Shown: positions 1 to 9,748, counted from the first letter of the stretch. The stretch is 37,596 nt of DNA from a virus (IMGVR_UViG_2558860170_000006), one strand, 5' to 3'. The notes: generated by a model from the sequence alone, not told the origin. A program made the numbers and translations.

Positions 1-378
1 ATGGACGAACAGTGGGGCTATGTCGGGGCTAAATCGCGCCAGCGCTGGCTGTTTTACGCGTATGACAGTCTCCGGAAGACGGTTGTTGCGCACGTATTCG
101 GTGAACGCACTATGGCGACGCTGGGGCGTCTTATGAGCCTGCTGTCACCCTTTGACGTGGTGATATGGATGACGGATGGCTGGCCGCTGTATGAATCCCG
201 CCTGAAGGGAAAGCTGCACGTAATCAGCAAGCGATATACGCAGCGAATTGAGCGGCATAACCTGAATCTGAGGCAGCACCTGGCACGGCTGGGACGGAAG
301 TCGCTGTCGTTCTCAAAATCGGTGGAGCTGCATGACAAAGTCATCGGGCATTATCTGAACATAAAACACTATCAATAA
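1..378 (+). CDS. insB: IS1 transposase InsB, C-terminal part (partial at window edge)
   Basis: 125-aa ORF identical to the C-terminus of the InsB ORFs in the other two IS1 copies (…[42 protein letters not shown]…). Confidence 0.85.
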   Translation: MDEQWGYVGAKSRQRWLFYAYDSLRKTVVAHVFGERTMATLGRLMSLLSPFDVVIWMTDGWPLYESRLKGKLHVISKRYTQRIERHNLNLRQHLARLGRKSLSFSKSVELHDKVIGHYLNIKHYQ

Positions 379-393
379 GTTGGAGTCATTACC
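1..393 (+). mobile_element. IS1, 3' 393 bp (window starts inside the element)
   Basis: Ends with the IS1 terminal repeat ...CAATAAGTTGGAGTCATTACC at 372-393; sequence matches the two full 768-bp copies at 1929-2696 and 36041-36808. Confidence 0.9.
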
Positions 394-697
394 CGATATC
401 CTGCTGAGAACATAAACACCCACGGATCGAGGCGTACGCTATCATGTTGCTGTGCACCGCCCAGTTTATAATTGGCGATGGTATCGATATCCATGTACCA
501 CACTGACATGTTTTAAAAAATGCAATAAGACATTGTATCTGAAAGAAAAAACAGGATTTTGAGGCGCTTTTTTATACCGTTTTTCCGTGTTTTTAACTGC
601 CTGATTTTATTGAAATCTTTTTTAGTTTTGCAGAAAGGATTTTTTGCTCGATCGCTTTAATTTTATACATTCCTGATAACGGAAATTTTTTTGCCCG

Positions 698-727
698 TTG
701 ACAGTTTTTGTTCTCCGGGGCTATATT
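698..727 (+). promoter_or_regulatory. candidate sigma70 promoter (TTGACA, ~18-bp spacer, TATATT)
   Basis: TTGACA at 698-703 and TATATT at 722-727 within an AT-rich intergenic region upstream of the rha-like gene. Confidence 0.3.
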
Positions 728-735
728 CCTCACAC

Positions 736-809
736 AACCGCAAAATCGGTTGTCGGGATTGGCGTCTCGGATAACATCACAACGCATAGCCGCGTTTGCG
801 GTTTTTTTT
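736..809 (+). ncRNA. candidate structured leader or small RNA with terminator-like 3' end
   Basis: 9-bp closing stem AACCGCAAA (736-744) / TTTGCGGTT (795-803) enclosing ~50 nt, followed by a T8 run (802-809); begins a few nt downstream of the candidate promoter. Confidence 0.3.
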
Positions 810-969
810 GCGTTAAGCATTGCCACATTCGCATTATGGTGGGGCGTGCAGGGGCGGAGAAATCCGCGCCGGGTTTTGTGATGACCGGTTACGCCAACCC
901 TGTACGTCTCACCACCTCCCTGATTGGCGTCAGAGGTGGTGATCATCCAATTAATTGGAGTCATCACAT

Positions 970-1527
970 ATGAATACAGCTATAACTTTTTCTAACGAGT
1001 CACCAAAAGTCTTTTTCAAAGATGGTCGCCTGGTTACCACCTCTCAAGCTGTTGCCGACTACTTCGATAAACAACATAAACACGTTTTAGCTAAGATTGA
1101 CACACTCGACTGCTCTCCCGAATTTACATCAGCCAACTTTTCGGCCGATGTTCAGACTGTCGAAATTGGCAACGGCGCAGAACGTGAATCACGATGCTAC
1201 CTGATCACAAAAGACGGCTTCATGTTCCTCGTAATGGGATTTACTGGCAAAAAAGCAGCCAGACTAAAAGAAGCTTACATTGAAAAATTTAACGCAATGG
1301 AAGAAGAACTCCACAAACGTCCTCCTGCAGCACAAAACTCCCCCGCCCCAAATAATGGATGCGCATTACTGATCCACTTCGATAAACACGGTCAGGTCGA
1401 GTTCACAGAAAAAGTCCCCGCCGATGCGATGGTATGCACTCTGGAACGGTTTAAATTTTATCTGGAGCAACATGGGTGGATCGTTGCCCGTAAAGAACAA
1501 TTGGTGGAAAGGTTGATGCGGTTTTAA
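970..1527 (+). CDS. Rha-family phage regulatory protein (antirepressor-like)
   Basis: N-terminus MNTAITFSNESPKVFFKDGRLVTTSQAVADYFDKQHKHVLAKID resembles the Rha domain; GGAG SD 9 nt upstream of ATG at 970 (the track ORF starts at an upstream TTG, 955). Confidence 0.55.
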   Translation: MNTAITFSNESPKVFFKDGRLVTTSQAVADYFDKQHKHVLAKIDTLDCSPEFTSANFSADVQTVEIGNGAERESRCYLITKDGFMFLVMGFTGKKAARLKEAYIEKFNAMEEELHKRPPAAQNSPAPNNGCALLIHFDKHGQVEFTEKVPADAMVCTLERFKFYLEQHGWIVARKEQLVERLMRF

Positions 1528-1653
1528 TGAATGCAAAACCCCGGATGATCACCGAGGTTAATTTTATCGAGCGTGATTGCCGCTAATCGCCATCGCTCTG
1601 ATTGAGCGTAAATCATTCAGGTTATTCAGTTCTTCCTTCTGCTCTCGCTGACG

Positions 1654-1899
1654 TCAATAAATCCCATCATTGCGATCAACCTCATCCTTAACCATTGATG
1701 CGAGCAGTTCTTCCAGTTTCTGCGCTGACAGCTTTACCTGGTGATCTTCAGCATCTTCCCGGGCTATTGTGGTTCGCGCAGTGGCTGATTTTGCTGACAT
1801 CACCACAGGGGGCAGACGGACCATTGAACCATGGCCTCCGGAACAAATAAGGGCAAAAATAACAACCACTATCGAAAGCTCACAAACTAACCGCAGCAC
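1654..1899 (-). CDS. hypothetical small protein (start uncertain)
   Basis: 81-aa ORF convergent with rha; no recognisable motif; the N-terminal part overlaps the repeat-A hairpin, so the true start may be internal. Confidence 0.2.
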   Translation of the reverse strand: MLRLVCELSIVVVIFALICSGGHGSMVRLPPVVMSAKSATARTTIAREDAEDHQVKLSAQKLEELLASMVKDEVDRNDGIY

Positions 1900-1943
1900 G
1901 TTCCTGCATACGACGTGTCTGCGGCATAGGTAATGACTCCAAC

Positions 1944-2447
1944 TTATTGATAGTGTTTTATGTTCAGATAATGCCCGATGACTTTGTCATGCAGCTCCAC
2001 CGATTTTGAGAACGACAGCGACTTCCGTCCCAGCCGTGCCAGGTGCTGCCTCAGATTCAGGTTATGCCGCTCAATTCGCTGCGTATATCGCTTGCTGATT
2101 ACGTGCAGCTTTCCCTTCAGGCGGGATTCATACAGCGGCCAGCCATCCGTCATCCATATCACCACGTCAAAGGGTGACAGCAGGCTCATAAGACGCCCCA
2201 GCGTCGCCATAGTGCGTTCACCGAATACGTGCGCAACAACCGTCTTCCGGAGACTGTCATACGCGTAAAACAGCCAGCGCTGGCGCGATTTAGCCCCGAC
2301 ATAGCCCCACTGTTCGTCCATTTCCGCGCAGACGATGACGTCACTGCCCGGCTGTATGCGCGAGGTTACCGACTGCGGCCTGAGTTTTTTAAGTGACGTA
2401 AAATCGTGTTGAGGCCAACGCCCATAATGCGTGCAGTTGCCCGGCAT
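1944..2447 (-). CDS. insB: IS1 transposase InsB (made as InsAB' fusion by -1 frameshift)
   Basis: 167-aa ORF; canonical IS1 InsB sequence. Confidence 0.9.
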
Positions 2448-2641
2448 CCAACGCCATTCATGGCCATATCAATGATTTTCTGGTGCGTACCGGGTTGAGA
2501 AGCGGTGTAAGTGAACTGCAGTTGCCATGTTTTACGGCAGTGAGAGCAGAGATAGCGCTGATGTCCGGCAGTGCTTTTGCCGTTACGCACCACCCCGTCA
2601 GTAGCTGAACAGGAGGGACAGCTGATAGAAACAGAAGCCAC
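2366..2641 (-). CDS. insA: IS1 InsA
   Basis: 91-aa [46 protein letters not shown]…; zinc-finger InsA. Confidence 0.9.
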
Positions 2642-3007
2642 TGGAGCACCTCAAAAACACCATCATACACTAAATCAGTAAGTTGGCAGCATCACCTGCG
2701 GCATAATCCCAATGATTACTCCCTGACAGGATTTGCAGGCCACTCAATATCAGGTGCAGTTGATGTATCAACACGATTCAACAATACCCGATATTTATTC
2801 CATGCCTCCAGCAACGATCTTTCTTCCTCCGTTGCGATTTCCAGATCTACAGCATCCTGCAGTGGCGCAATATACTCACTAAATTCCTGGATGTAGAACT
2901 GTGTGGTGACGGTCTTCCAGCCATTCGGCTCCTGCTGTATCGAAGCATACTAGGCTATTTCAATATCGCTATGCTGCGGCAGCATTTAACCCCTTGTAAT
3001 TCATCGC

Positions 3008-3036
3008 CATAATTGATTTAATTCACAAATAAAACT
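3008..3036 (+). promoter_or_regulatory. candidate promoter for the methyltransferase gene (TTGATT, 17 bp, TATAAC)
   Basis: TTGATTTAATTCACAAATAAAACTATAAC immediately upstream of the ORF start. Confidence 0.25.
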
Positions 3037-3041
3037 ATAAC

Positions 3042-3710
3042 ATGGTGAAATCAATGAAAACAAACACAGATGATGGGGCTAAAATTTACACACCACTTAC
3101 CCTAAAGCTTTATGACTGGTGGGTTTTGGGAGTATCAAATCGGCTTGCATGGGGATGTCCTACAAAGGAACACCTTCTTCCACACTTTCTGGAACATTTA
3201 GGTAACAACCATCTGGATATTGGTGTTGGAACTGGGTTTTACCTTACTCACGTACCTGAGAGTAGTCTGATATCTTTAATGGATTTGAACGAAGCTAGCC
3301 TGAACGCGGCATCTACAAGGGCTGGGGAATCAAAAATTAAACATAAAATTAGCCATGATGTTTTTGAACCTTATCCCGCGGCGTTACATGGTCAATTTGA
3401 TTCCATTTCCATGTTTTACCTTCTTCACTGCCTGCCTGGAAATATATCTACAAAAAGCTGTGTAATACGCAATGCGGCGCAGGCCTTAACTGACGATGGA
3501 ACTCTATACGGAGCCACAATTCTTGGCGATGGAGTTGTGCACAATAGCTTCGGTCAAAAACTGATGCGCATTTACAATCAGAAAGGCATCTTTTCAAACA
3601 CAAAAGATTCCGAAGAAGGCTTAACACATATACTCTCAGAGCATTTCGAGAATGTTAAAACCAGGGTTCAAGGTACTGTAGTAATGTTTTCCGCTTCAGG
3701 GAAAAAATAG
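3042..3710 (+). CDS. class I SAM-dependent methyltransferase, substrate unknown
   Basis: 222-aa ORF with glycine-rich SAM-binding motif I (LDIGVGTGFY); AT-rich codon usage relative to the flanking phage genes; followed by a long hairpin 3718-3750. Confidence 0.6.
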   Translation: MVKSMKTNTDDGAKIYTPLTLKLYDWWVLGVSNRLAWGCPTKEHLLPHFLEHLGNNHLDIGVGTGFYLTHVPESSLISLMDLNEASLNAASTRAGESKIKHKISHDVFEPYPAALHGQFDSISMFYLLHCLPGNISTKSCVIRNAAQALTDDGTLYGATILGDGVVHNSFGQKLMRIYNQKGIFSNTKDSEEGLTHILSEHFENVKTRVQGTVVMFSASGKK

Positions 3711-3715
3711 CATCC

Positions 3716-3860
3716 AACCGCAGCACGTTCTTGCTTAAGACGTGCTGCGGCATAATCCCAATGATTACTCCCTGACAGGGTTCGTAGGCCACTCAATATC
3801 AGGTGCAGTTGATGTATCAACACGGTTCAGCAACACCCGATACTTTTTCTAGGCTTCCAC
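3716..3860 (+). repeat. direct repeat copy B (~140 bp), begins with a near-perfect long hairpin
   Basis: CCGCAGCACGTTCTTGCTTAAGACGTGCTGCGG hairpin (3718-3750) then CATAATCCCAATGATTACTCCCTGACAGG…; matches copy A; its distal part overlaps the decayed pin reading frame. Confidence 0.6.
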
Positions 3861-4115
3861 CACCAGCACGACAAGATGCCGCATACAGTGACCCAGTCAG
3901 TCCAGTTTTCAGACAACCAGTGCGTCACCTTTTTGAAGGCGCTTTAAAGCACGTTTTAATCCAGGTCGGCCTGTCCTTGTTCCGCTTAATTTATCTTCAA
4001 ATATTTGTTCATATCCTGCACAAACAAGAGCGTTTCGTTGCAGGTCTGTATTCTGGTCATTTGTTGATACCCTTACATAGCCAATCAGCACGCTGAATCT
4101 CCCGTCCAAAAGCAC
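3780..4115 (-). pseudogene. pin: Pin/Gin/Hin-family serine DNA invertase, decayed
   Basis: N-terminal 68 codons intact (…LIGYVRVSTNDQNTDLQRNALVCAGYEQIFEDKLSGTRTGRPGLKRALKRLQKGDALVV) then TGA; the same frame continues with recognisable invertase residues (KLD*LG…) and further stops; no intact catalytic or HTH C-terminus. A GTG at 4091 aligns with the usual MLIGYVRV start. Confidence 0.7.
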
Positions 4116-4145
4116 AAATCATGCCATGCAGGCCAGAAACCGCCA

Positions 4146-4171
4146 TTATCTAAAACCTCGGTTTACGAGAA
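4146..4171 (+). other. invertase recombination site (gix/pix-like), proximal
   Basis: TTATCTAAAACC-TC-GGTTTACGAGAA, 26 bp with a central TC dinucleotide, as I recall the gix consensus; lies between pin and the alternative fibre segment. Confidence 0.7.
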
Positions 4172-5080
4172 CTCGGCACAAGCGGGGAGAAAATACCGTT
4201 ACTCAGTACAGCGAATACCTGGACTAATCGACAAACATTCAGCGGTGGCCTTTCTGGTGAACTATCCGGCAATGCTTCTACAGCTGCAAAATTAAAAACT
4301 GCCAGGAAAATAAGCAATGTGGCTTTTGATGGTTCCTCCGATATCACATTAAAAGCAAGTCATGTTGGTGCGTTTGCCTTAGGGAAAACAGGAAGCACCG
4401 TTGCGAATGATAAAGCAGTTGGATGGAACTGGAGTAGCGGAGCCTATAACGCAACTATTAGTGGTGCATCAACGTTAATTATTCATTTTTATATGGGAGA
4501 AGGAAGTTGTCCTGCAGCTCAGTTTCGGATTAATTATAAAAATGGCGGTATTTTTTATCGTTCAGCCCGTGATGGTTATGGTTTTGAAGCCGACTGGTCC
4601 GAATTTTACACCACCAGAAAACCTTCAGCAGGAGATGTTGGTGCACTGCCGTTATCTGGTGGTCAACTGAATGGTGCACTGGGTATCGGAACATCCAGTG
4701 CTCTTGGCGGTAATTCGATTGTATTGGGTGATAATGACACGGGCTTTAAACAAAAAGGCGATGGTAATCTGGATGTTTATGCTAATAACGTCCATGTTAT
4801 GCGCTTTGTCTCCGGAAGCATTCAAAGTAATAAAACCATAAATATTACGGGACGTGTTAATCCCTCGGATTACGGTAACTTTGATTCCCGCTATGTGAGA
4901 GATGTCAGACTTGGCACACGAGTTGTTTAGACCATGAAGAAAGGCGTGATGTATGAAAAATCAGGCCATGTAATCACGGGGCTTGGTATTATCGGTGAAG
5001 TCGATGGTGATGATCCGGCAGTATTCAGACCAATACAAAAGTTAATTAACGGAACATGGTATAACGTATCGCAGGTATAA
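4160..5080 (+). pseudogene. alternative tail-fibre C-terminal segment (Sv') with in-frame amber codon
   Basis: Frame is open from the recombination-site centre; shares [12 protein letters not shown](K/R)Q.GDG and the C-terminal [12 protein letters not shown] with the stf C-terminus; in-frame TAG at 4928-4930 splits it into 4319-4930 and a 48-codon tail. Confidence 0.6.
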
Positions 5081-5082
5081 TC

Positions 5083-5616
5083 ATGCAGCATTTAAAAAAC
5101 ATTGTCGCAGGTAATCCAAAAACCGTTGAACAATACCAGCTAACAAAGAATTTTGATGTTATCTGGTTATGGTCCGAAGATGGAAAAAATTGGCATGAGG
5201 AATTAAAAAACTTTCAGGAGGATACAATAAAACTGGCTTACACAGTTGAGGGAATAATTATTGCTATAGACAAGGATGTATCAGCAATTAATCCAGAAGG
5301 TTTAAGTGTCGTTGAGTTGCCTGATATTACAGCAAATCGCCGGGCTGATATTTCGGGCAACTGGATGTTCAAAGATGGTGCGGTGATAAAGCGAACTTAT
5401 ACCGAGGAAGAGCAAAGGCAACAAGCGGAAAATGAAAAGCAGAGCCTGCTGCAGCTCGTCAGGGATAAAACCCAGCTGTGGGACTCTCAGCTACAGCTGG
5501 GCATCATTTCCGATGAGAATAAACAAAAATTAACCGAGTGGATGCTCTATGCGCAGAAGGTTGAATCCACAGACACCTCCAGCCTGCCAGTAACGTTTCC
5601 CGAACAACCAGAATGA
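5083..5616 (+). CDS. tfa: tail fibre assembly protein (alternative-orientation copy, Tfa')
   Basis: 177-aa [17 protein letters not shown]…, paralogous to the minus-strand Tfa ([14 protein letters not shown]…). Confidence 0.8.
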   Translation: MQHLKNIVAGNPKTVEQYQLTKNFDVIWLWSEDGKNWHEELKNFQEDTIKLAYTVEGIIIAIDKDVSAINPEGLSVVELPDITANRRADISGNWMFKDGAVIKRTYTEEEQRQQAENEKQSLLQLVRDKTQLWDSQLQLGIISDENKQKLTEWMLYAQKVESTDTSSLPVTFPEQPE

Positions 5617-5619
5617 GAG

Positions 5620-5648
5620 AAGGCCCGCTATCGGGCCTTAATTTTTAT
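5620..5648. terminator. bidirectional hairpin terminator between the convergent tfa genes
   Basis: AAGGCCCGCTATCGGGCCTT followed by ATTTTTATT; A/T-rich on both sides. Confidence 0.5.
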
Positions 5649-6172
5649 TCAGGCTTTTGTGGCCATTCAGGATTTGCCGTATCCACACGGCTGACCAGAA
5701 CACTGTAGCGTTCCCATGCTTCCAGTCGTGTGCGTTCCTCGTCTGTTGCCATATTCAGCCTGACAGCGCGTTCCAGCGGCTGGATGACTGATTCAGCTTC
5801 GGAAAGCAATGCGGCCTTTTGTGATTCGGCCTGTTGTTGCAGTTCCTGTTCTGTATATTCCCTCTTTACTACTTTACCATCCAGAAACATCCATTTTCCG
5901 TTATTGTCTGCGTGACGATTTGCCGTAATATCAGGAACTTCAACTATGCTTAGCCCTTCAGGATTAATAGTTGAAACGTCTTTACTGACAGCAACGATGA
6001 TGTTGTTCTCATCGTAAGCAATTTTTATGGTGTCTGGCTGAAAATTCTTTTGTTCCTCATACCAGTTTTTGCCATCTTCGCAAAAGAGCCATACCACGCC
6101 CGCTTTTTTAGTTAGCTGGTATTGTTCCGGTGTTTTCGGATTCCCGGCCTTAATATTTTTCAGGTGCATCAT
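5645..6172 (-). CDS. tfa: tail fibre assembly protein Tfa (expressed orientation)
   Basis: Start ATG at 6170-6172, 1 nt after the stf stop; TfaE/Tfa-family sequence. Confidence 0.8.
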   Translation of the reverse strand: MMHLKNIKAGNPKTPEQYQLTKKAGVVWLFCEDGKNWYEEQKNFQPDTIKIAYDENNIIVAVSKDVSTINPEGLSIVEVPDITANRHADNNGKWMFLDGKVVKREYTEQELQQQAESQKAALLSEAESVIQPLERAVRLNMATDEERTRLEAWERYSVLVSRVDTANPEWPQKPE

Positions 6173-6173
6173 C

Positions 6174-8930
6174 TTAAACACTCCCCACGTTGTACCATAT
6201 TCCCCCAATCAATTTCTGAATTGGCCTTCTGGCAACAGTGTCGACAATATCATCCGCATTGCTGTTAATTGCGGCTGTTAAAACATAACCTGACGCATCG
6301 CCAAAGCCGTAGTCGCGCCATACGTTTTTATATTCAATGCTGCCAAGACGAATATCCCGAACGACATGATTATGCAGCCATGTGCTTAACCAGTTGTTTT
6401 CCCACACTGAACCATAAATATCGCCACTAGACGCAACTTGCGCACCACTTCCCAGCGCAAATCCCCCATCTGTTTTAAAAATGAAATCACCACCACCATC
6501 TGAACCGTTATTAATATGAACACCATCACCACCGTTATCTTTCCACAAAAACATACGAATTCTTCCGTCTTCGTTGGCGAATGTAATGTGGTGGCGGTAA
6601 TTACTTTTTAATCTAAAATTGCTGCCATTAGATTCAATATCTTTATAAAGATGTAATCCTAACTCATCAATATGTCCGATGCGCGAACCATTTGAATAGA
6701 AGCTAATAATACCATCTCCATCTTGCCTAAATCCGGTGTCGTTATCTCCCAGAACAATGGAGTTTTCACCCAGTGCGTTATCAGTAGCTCCAATAGCTAG
6801 ACCTCCTTTAATTTTGGCCCCGTGGCTGACAGATATAGCACCTGTTCTCAGATTTATAGCGAATGGCCTTAATGGGCCGATATTACCGTTTTCGCCTTGT
6901 CCTTCAGCCGTCGGAATGAAATGAAGAAAATCTTCTGAACGACGGAAAATTAGACCGAAGGTATCATTGAAAATTCGCAGCGCATTCACCGTGCCAATTT
7001 TCAGTTCTCCGGTCATTTTATCGCCGGAACGCTGAACGGCGTTACCAGCCTTGTTTACCGTTTCCTGTAAACCGAGGTATTCGATAACGGCAGCAACGGT
7101 CGATTTCGCAAGAATATCCCGCCCGACTTTTGTCAGGGTTGCCAGGCTGGCGACATCATTCCCCGTAAAATACGGAAACTTGCCTGCCGCAGTAGTAAGT
7201 CCGGCCAGCGCCGTCAGGGTGGCATCTTTCGGTTGCTTACCCGCAAGCGCGTTAGTCATGGTGGTCGCAAAATTCGGGTCGTTGCCCAGCGCCGCAGCCA
7301 GCTCGTTCAGCGTGTTCAGTGCATCAGGTGACGAATCTACAAGGGCGGCAATCGCAGCCATAACGAAAGCCGTGCTTGCGATTTGGGTATTATTCGTTCC
7401 CTGTCGCGCAGTTGGTGTTGTTGGCGTTCCGGTCAGTGCAGGACTATTTAAGGGCGCTTTCTTGTTCGTTTCACCCATTACCGCCTTAACCGCTTTTGGC
7501 GTTGCCGCCAGTGACTCGGAAGTGCTGTTGGTCGCACTGCTGAGCTGTACTATCCCCTTTTTCGTCGTGCTCGCATCCTCCAGCGCCACGGCGGATGCAA
7601 TATCCTCTGCCCGTTTTGCTGCTGTCTCGGCGCGCGTTGCCGCGGATTCAGCAGCAACTTTGCTCTGAGATGCAGCCGTCGCACTGCCTGCCGCCTCTGA
7701 TGCTTTCGTTGTTGCTGTCGTGGCACTACCTTTCGCTGCTGACGCTTGTCTGGTCGCCTCATCTTTTGAAGCAGACGCAGATGATGCCGATGACGCCGCT
7801 GAACTGGCTGACGATGCGGCTGCTGCCTTAGAGGAAGCAGCATTGTCTGCTGAAGTCTTTGCATTTGTTTCAGAGGTTTTTGCTGCAGAAGCAGACCTCG
7901 CTGCTGCAGTGGCTTGCTCAGTGGCTTTGCCAGCCTTCGTTGTGGCTGTTGAAGCGGATGATGCGGCGCTTTCTGCCGATTTTCCGGCGGCGGTGGCACT
8001 GGCTGAGGCCTGCCCGGCACTTGTTGACGCGGCACTGGCAGATAATGCAGCCGCTGTTTTTGAACCTGCCGCAGCTGAGGCGCTCTGTCCCGCTGCTGTT
8101 TCAGAAGACTTAGCGTTCGTCTCGGACGTTTTTGCCGCCTTCGCGGAATTTCCTGCCGCCGTTGCCGAGGAAGCTGCACTACTGGCACTTGATGATGCAT
8201 TCGTTTCTGAAGATTTCGCTGCCTCTTTTGAGGCCGCCGCACCCCGTGCCGAGGTGGCAGCTTCTGACGCCTTCGTGGTCGCTGTGGATGCAGAAGTGGC
8301 TGCCGATTTTTGTGATGCTGCGGCATTCGTTTCTGACGTTTTCGCGGCACTGGCGCTGGTAGCTGCCGCGCTTTTTGATGACTCTGCAGCAGCACTTTTT
8401 GCTGCTTCACGGGCCTTTGTCGATGCCGTTCCTGCGCTGGAAGACGCTGACTGAGCCGACGACGCGGCCTGTCCGGCTGACGTGCTGGCGGCACGTGCTG
8501 AGGCTGCAGCATCGGTTGCATGAGTTGCCGCCTCGCTGGCTGATTTTTTCGCGGCTGCCGTATTCTGTGCAACCGCGGAGGCGTTACGTGACACCTCTTC
8601 CACCATCTGCTCAAAGCGGCGCAGTGCCTCCGGTCGGACATCATCCTCCGTCATGGCACCGAGAAAATCATTCAGCGTACCTGGTCTGGAACCTTCATAG
8701 ACGGTAATGGTCCCGGCATGTGAAGGCGGAAAACCTTCAACCAGCAGGGTGACGCTGTACTGACCATGCTCAACATCCATGCTGTAACGTCCGGCTTCAT
8801 CCGGATTTTCAGAGGCCACCGTGTTCACCACCATCGTGCTGCTGGTTCGTCTGGCCTTCAGCACAATGGTGCAGTTCTGTACTGGTTTTCCTGTGCCATC
8901 TTTAAGCACGCCAGAAATTTTTACTGTCAT
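6174..8930 (-). CDS. stf: side tail fibre protein Stf
   Basis: 918-aa ORF; N-terminus [30 protein letters not shown]… Stf-like; long Ala/Ser/Thr-rich repeat region; C-terminal variable part lies inside the invertible segment. Confidence 0.85.
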   Translation of the reverse strand: MTVKISGVLKDGTGKPVQNCTIVLKARRTSSTMVVNTVASENPDEAGRYSMDVEHGQYSVTLLVEGFPPSHAGTITVYEGSRPGTLNDFLGAMTEDDVRPEALRRFEQMVEEVSRNASAVAQNTAAAKKSASEAATHATDAAASARAASTSAGQAASSAQSASSSAGTASTKAREAAKSAAAESSKSAAATSASAAKTSETNAAASQKSAATSASTATTKASEAATSARGAAASKEAAKSSETNASSSASSAASSATAAGNSAKAAKTSETNAKSSETAAGQSASAAAGSKTAAALSASAASTSAGQASASATAAGKSAESAASSASTATTKAGKATEQATAAARSASAAKTSETNAKTSADNAASSKAAAASSASSAASSASSASASKDEATRQASAAKGSATTATTKASEAAGSATAASQSKVAAESAATRAETAAKRAEDIASAVALEDASTTKKGIVQLSSATNSTSESLAATPKAVKAVMGETNKKAPLNSPALTGTPTTPTARQGTNNTQIASTAFVMAAIAALVDSSPDALNTLNELAAALGNDPNFATTMTNALAGKQPKDATLTALAGLTTAAGKFPYFTGNDVASLATLTKVGRDILAKSTVAAVIEYLGLQETVNKAGNAVQRSGDKMTGELKIGTVNALRIFNDTFGLIFRRSEDFLHFIPTAEGQGENGNIGPLRPFAINLRTGAISVSHGAKIKGGLAIGATDNALGENSIVLGDNDTGFRQDGDGIISFYSNGSRIGHIDELGLHLYKDIESNGSNFRLKSNYRHHITFANEDGRIRMFLWKDNGGDGVHINNGSDGGGDFIFKTDGGFALGSGAQVASSGDIYGSVWENNWLSTWLHNHVVRDIRLGSIEYKNVWRDYGFGDASGYVLTAAINSNADDIVDTVARRPIQKLIGGIWYNVGSV
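7062..7087 (-). other. invertase recombination site (gix/pix-like), distal, inside stf
   Basis: Minus strand reads TTATCGAATACC-TC-GGTTTACAGGAA, inverted relative to 4146-4171; encodes EYLGLQE in the stf frame, in the same phase as the proximal site. Confidence 0.7.
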
Positions 8931-8943
8931 ACTTTTCCACCAA

Positions 8944-8976
8944 TAAAAAAAGCCCGCAGCAGTGACGCCACGGGCT
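8944..8976 (-). terminator. rho-independent terminator downstream of lom
   Basis: Minus strand AGCCCG…CGGGCT hairpin followed by a T7 run. Confidence 0.5.
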
Positions 8977-9081
8977 TCAGGACAGTGTAACTTTACGTTT
9001 CCTCAAACGCAGTTCACCCCATAAGGTGGATGAACCTGCGTATCATAACAATATTTACAGAAGATAAATCGGCGTCTGTTG

Positions 9082-9681
9082 TCAGATACGGTATCCGATA
9101 CCAACAATAAATGCATCCGTTCGCCAGTCACCACTACCGGAACCTTCATAAGCAAGGTCAATGGTCACGGATTCGGTCGGGTTAAACTGCACGCCAGCCC
9201 CCCACGCCAGAGACGTGTTGCTGTGGCGACCGTCATCACTTCCGGTCAGCACATCGTGCGTTTTCCCCTTGTTGTCAGTTACGCGGAGATAATCCCCGGA
9301 GAAAGTCGACACACGGCTGTAAGCCACACCCACCATCGCATACGCGCTGAACCATTCATTCACGCGTACAGACGGCCCCGCCATCACGCTGAACCAGCGG
9401 TTACGCACGGAATCTTCATGCCAGCGGGTATCGCTGTAGTGCGTTTTTTGCTCATCCTCAGCATTGGCATAACTGAAGGACGTAATCAGCCCCAGCGCGT
9501 CCGTAAACTCATAACGGTATTTCACGTTAATCCCGTTCAGATTATCGCTGCCGGGAGCGTTCGTACGGGCATGAAGATACCCCGCGCTCAGTGTGGACTG
9601 ATGTTCAGACGCCCATGCAGGCGCACCGGATACGGACAGACAGATGGCTGCGGACAAAATGGCTGCACAAACTTTACGCAT
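9082..9681 (-). CDS. lom: Lom/Ail-family outer membrane protein
   Basis: 199-aa ORF with signal peptide and beta-barrel-like sequence; position after J as in lambda. Confidence 0.85.
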   Translation of the reverse strand: MRKVCAAILSAAICLSVSGAPAWASEHQSTLSAGYLHARTNAPGSDNLNGINVKYRYEFTDALGLITSFSYANAEDEQKTHYSDTRWHEDSVRNRWFSVMAGPSVRVNEWFSAYAMVGVAYSRVSTFSGDYLRVTDNKGKTHDVLTGSDDGRHSNTSLAWGAGVQFNPTESVTIDLAYEGSGSGDWRTDAFIVGIGYRI

Positions 9682-9704
9682 AATTACCTCTCGCTTTTCT
9701 GCAA

Positions 9705-9729
9705 TAAAAAAGGCGCCATTTCTGGCGCC
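9705..9729 (-). terminator. rho-independent terminator between J and lom
   Basis: Minus strand GGCGCCAGAAATGGCGCC hairpin followed by TTTTTTT. Confidence 0.5.
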
Positions 9730-9748
9730 CGTATATGGGTTATAAAAT

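Larger units (their letters stand above)
1929..2696 (-). mobile_element. IS1, complete 768 bp, with perfect 9-bp target-site duplication
   Basis: Termini GGTAATGACTCCAAC… and …GTTGGCAGCATCACC; flanked by TGCGGCATA at 1920-1928 and 2697-2705. Confidence 0.95.
1889..2815 (+). repeat. direct repeat copy A (~140 bp, split by IS1 into 1889-1928 and 2697-~2815)
   Basis: AACCGCAGCACGTTC…GTCTGCGGCATA|IS1|TGCGGCATAATCCCAATGATTACTCCCTGACAGG…CCCGATA is ~90% identical to 3716-3860. Confidence 0.6.

Noticed and set aside
54-344. 96-aa ORFs antisense to IS1 insB (54-344, 1978-2268, 36469-36759) and 79-aa ORFs antisense to IS600 orfB (23413-23652, 34902-35141)
   Set aside because: Identical antisense ORFs recur in every IS copy because the sequence is identical; they are not known IS1 or IS600 gene products.
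7550-8644. Long ORFs overlapping stf in other frames (364-aa Arg/Gln/Pro-rich at 7550-8644 minus; 244-aa Ala-rich at 7720-8454 plus; others at 7051-7668, 7859-8362)
   Set aside because: They lie entirely inside the stf low-complexity repeat region and have extreme compositions with no start signals; they are frame artefacts of the repetitive GC-rich sequence.
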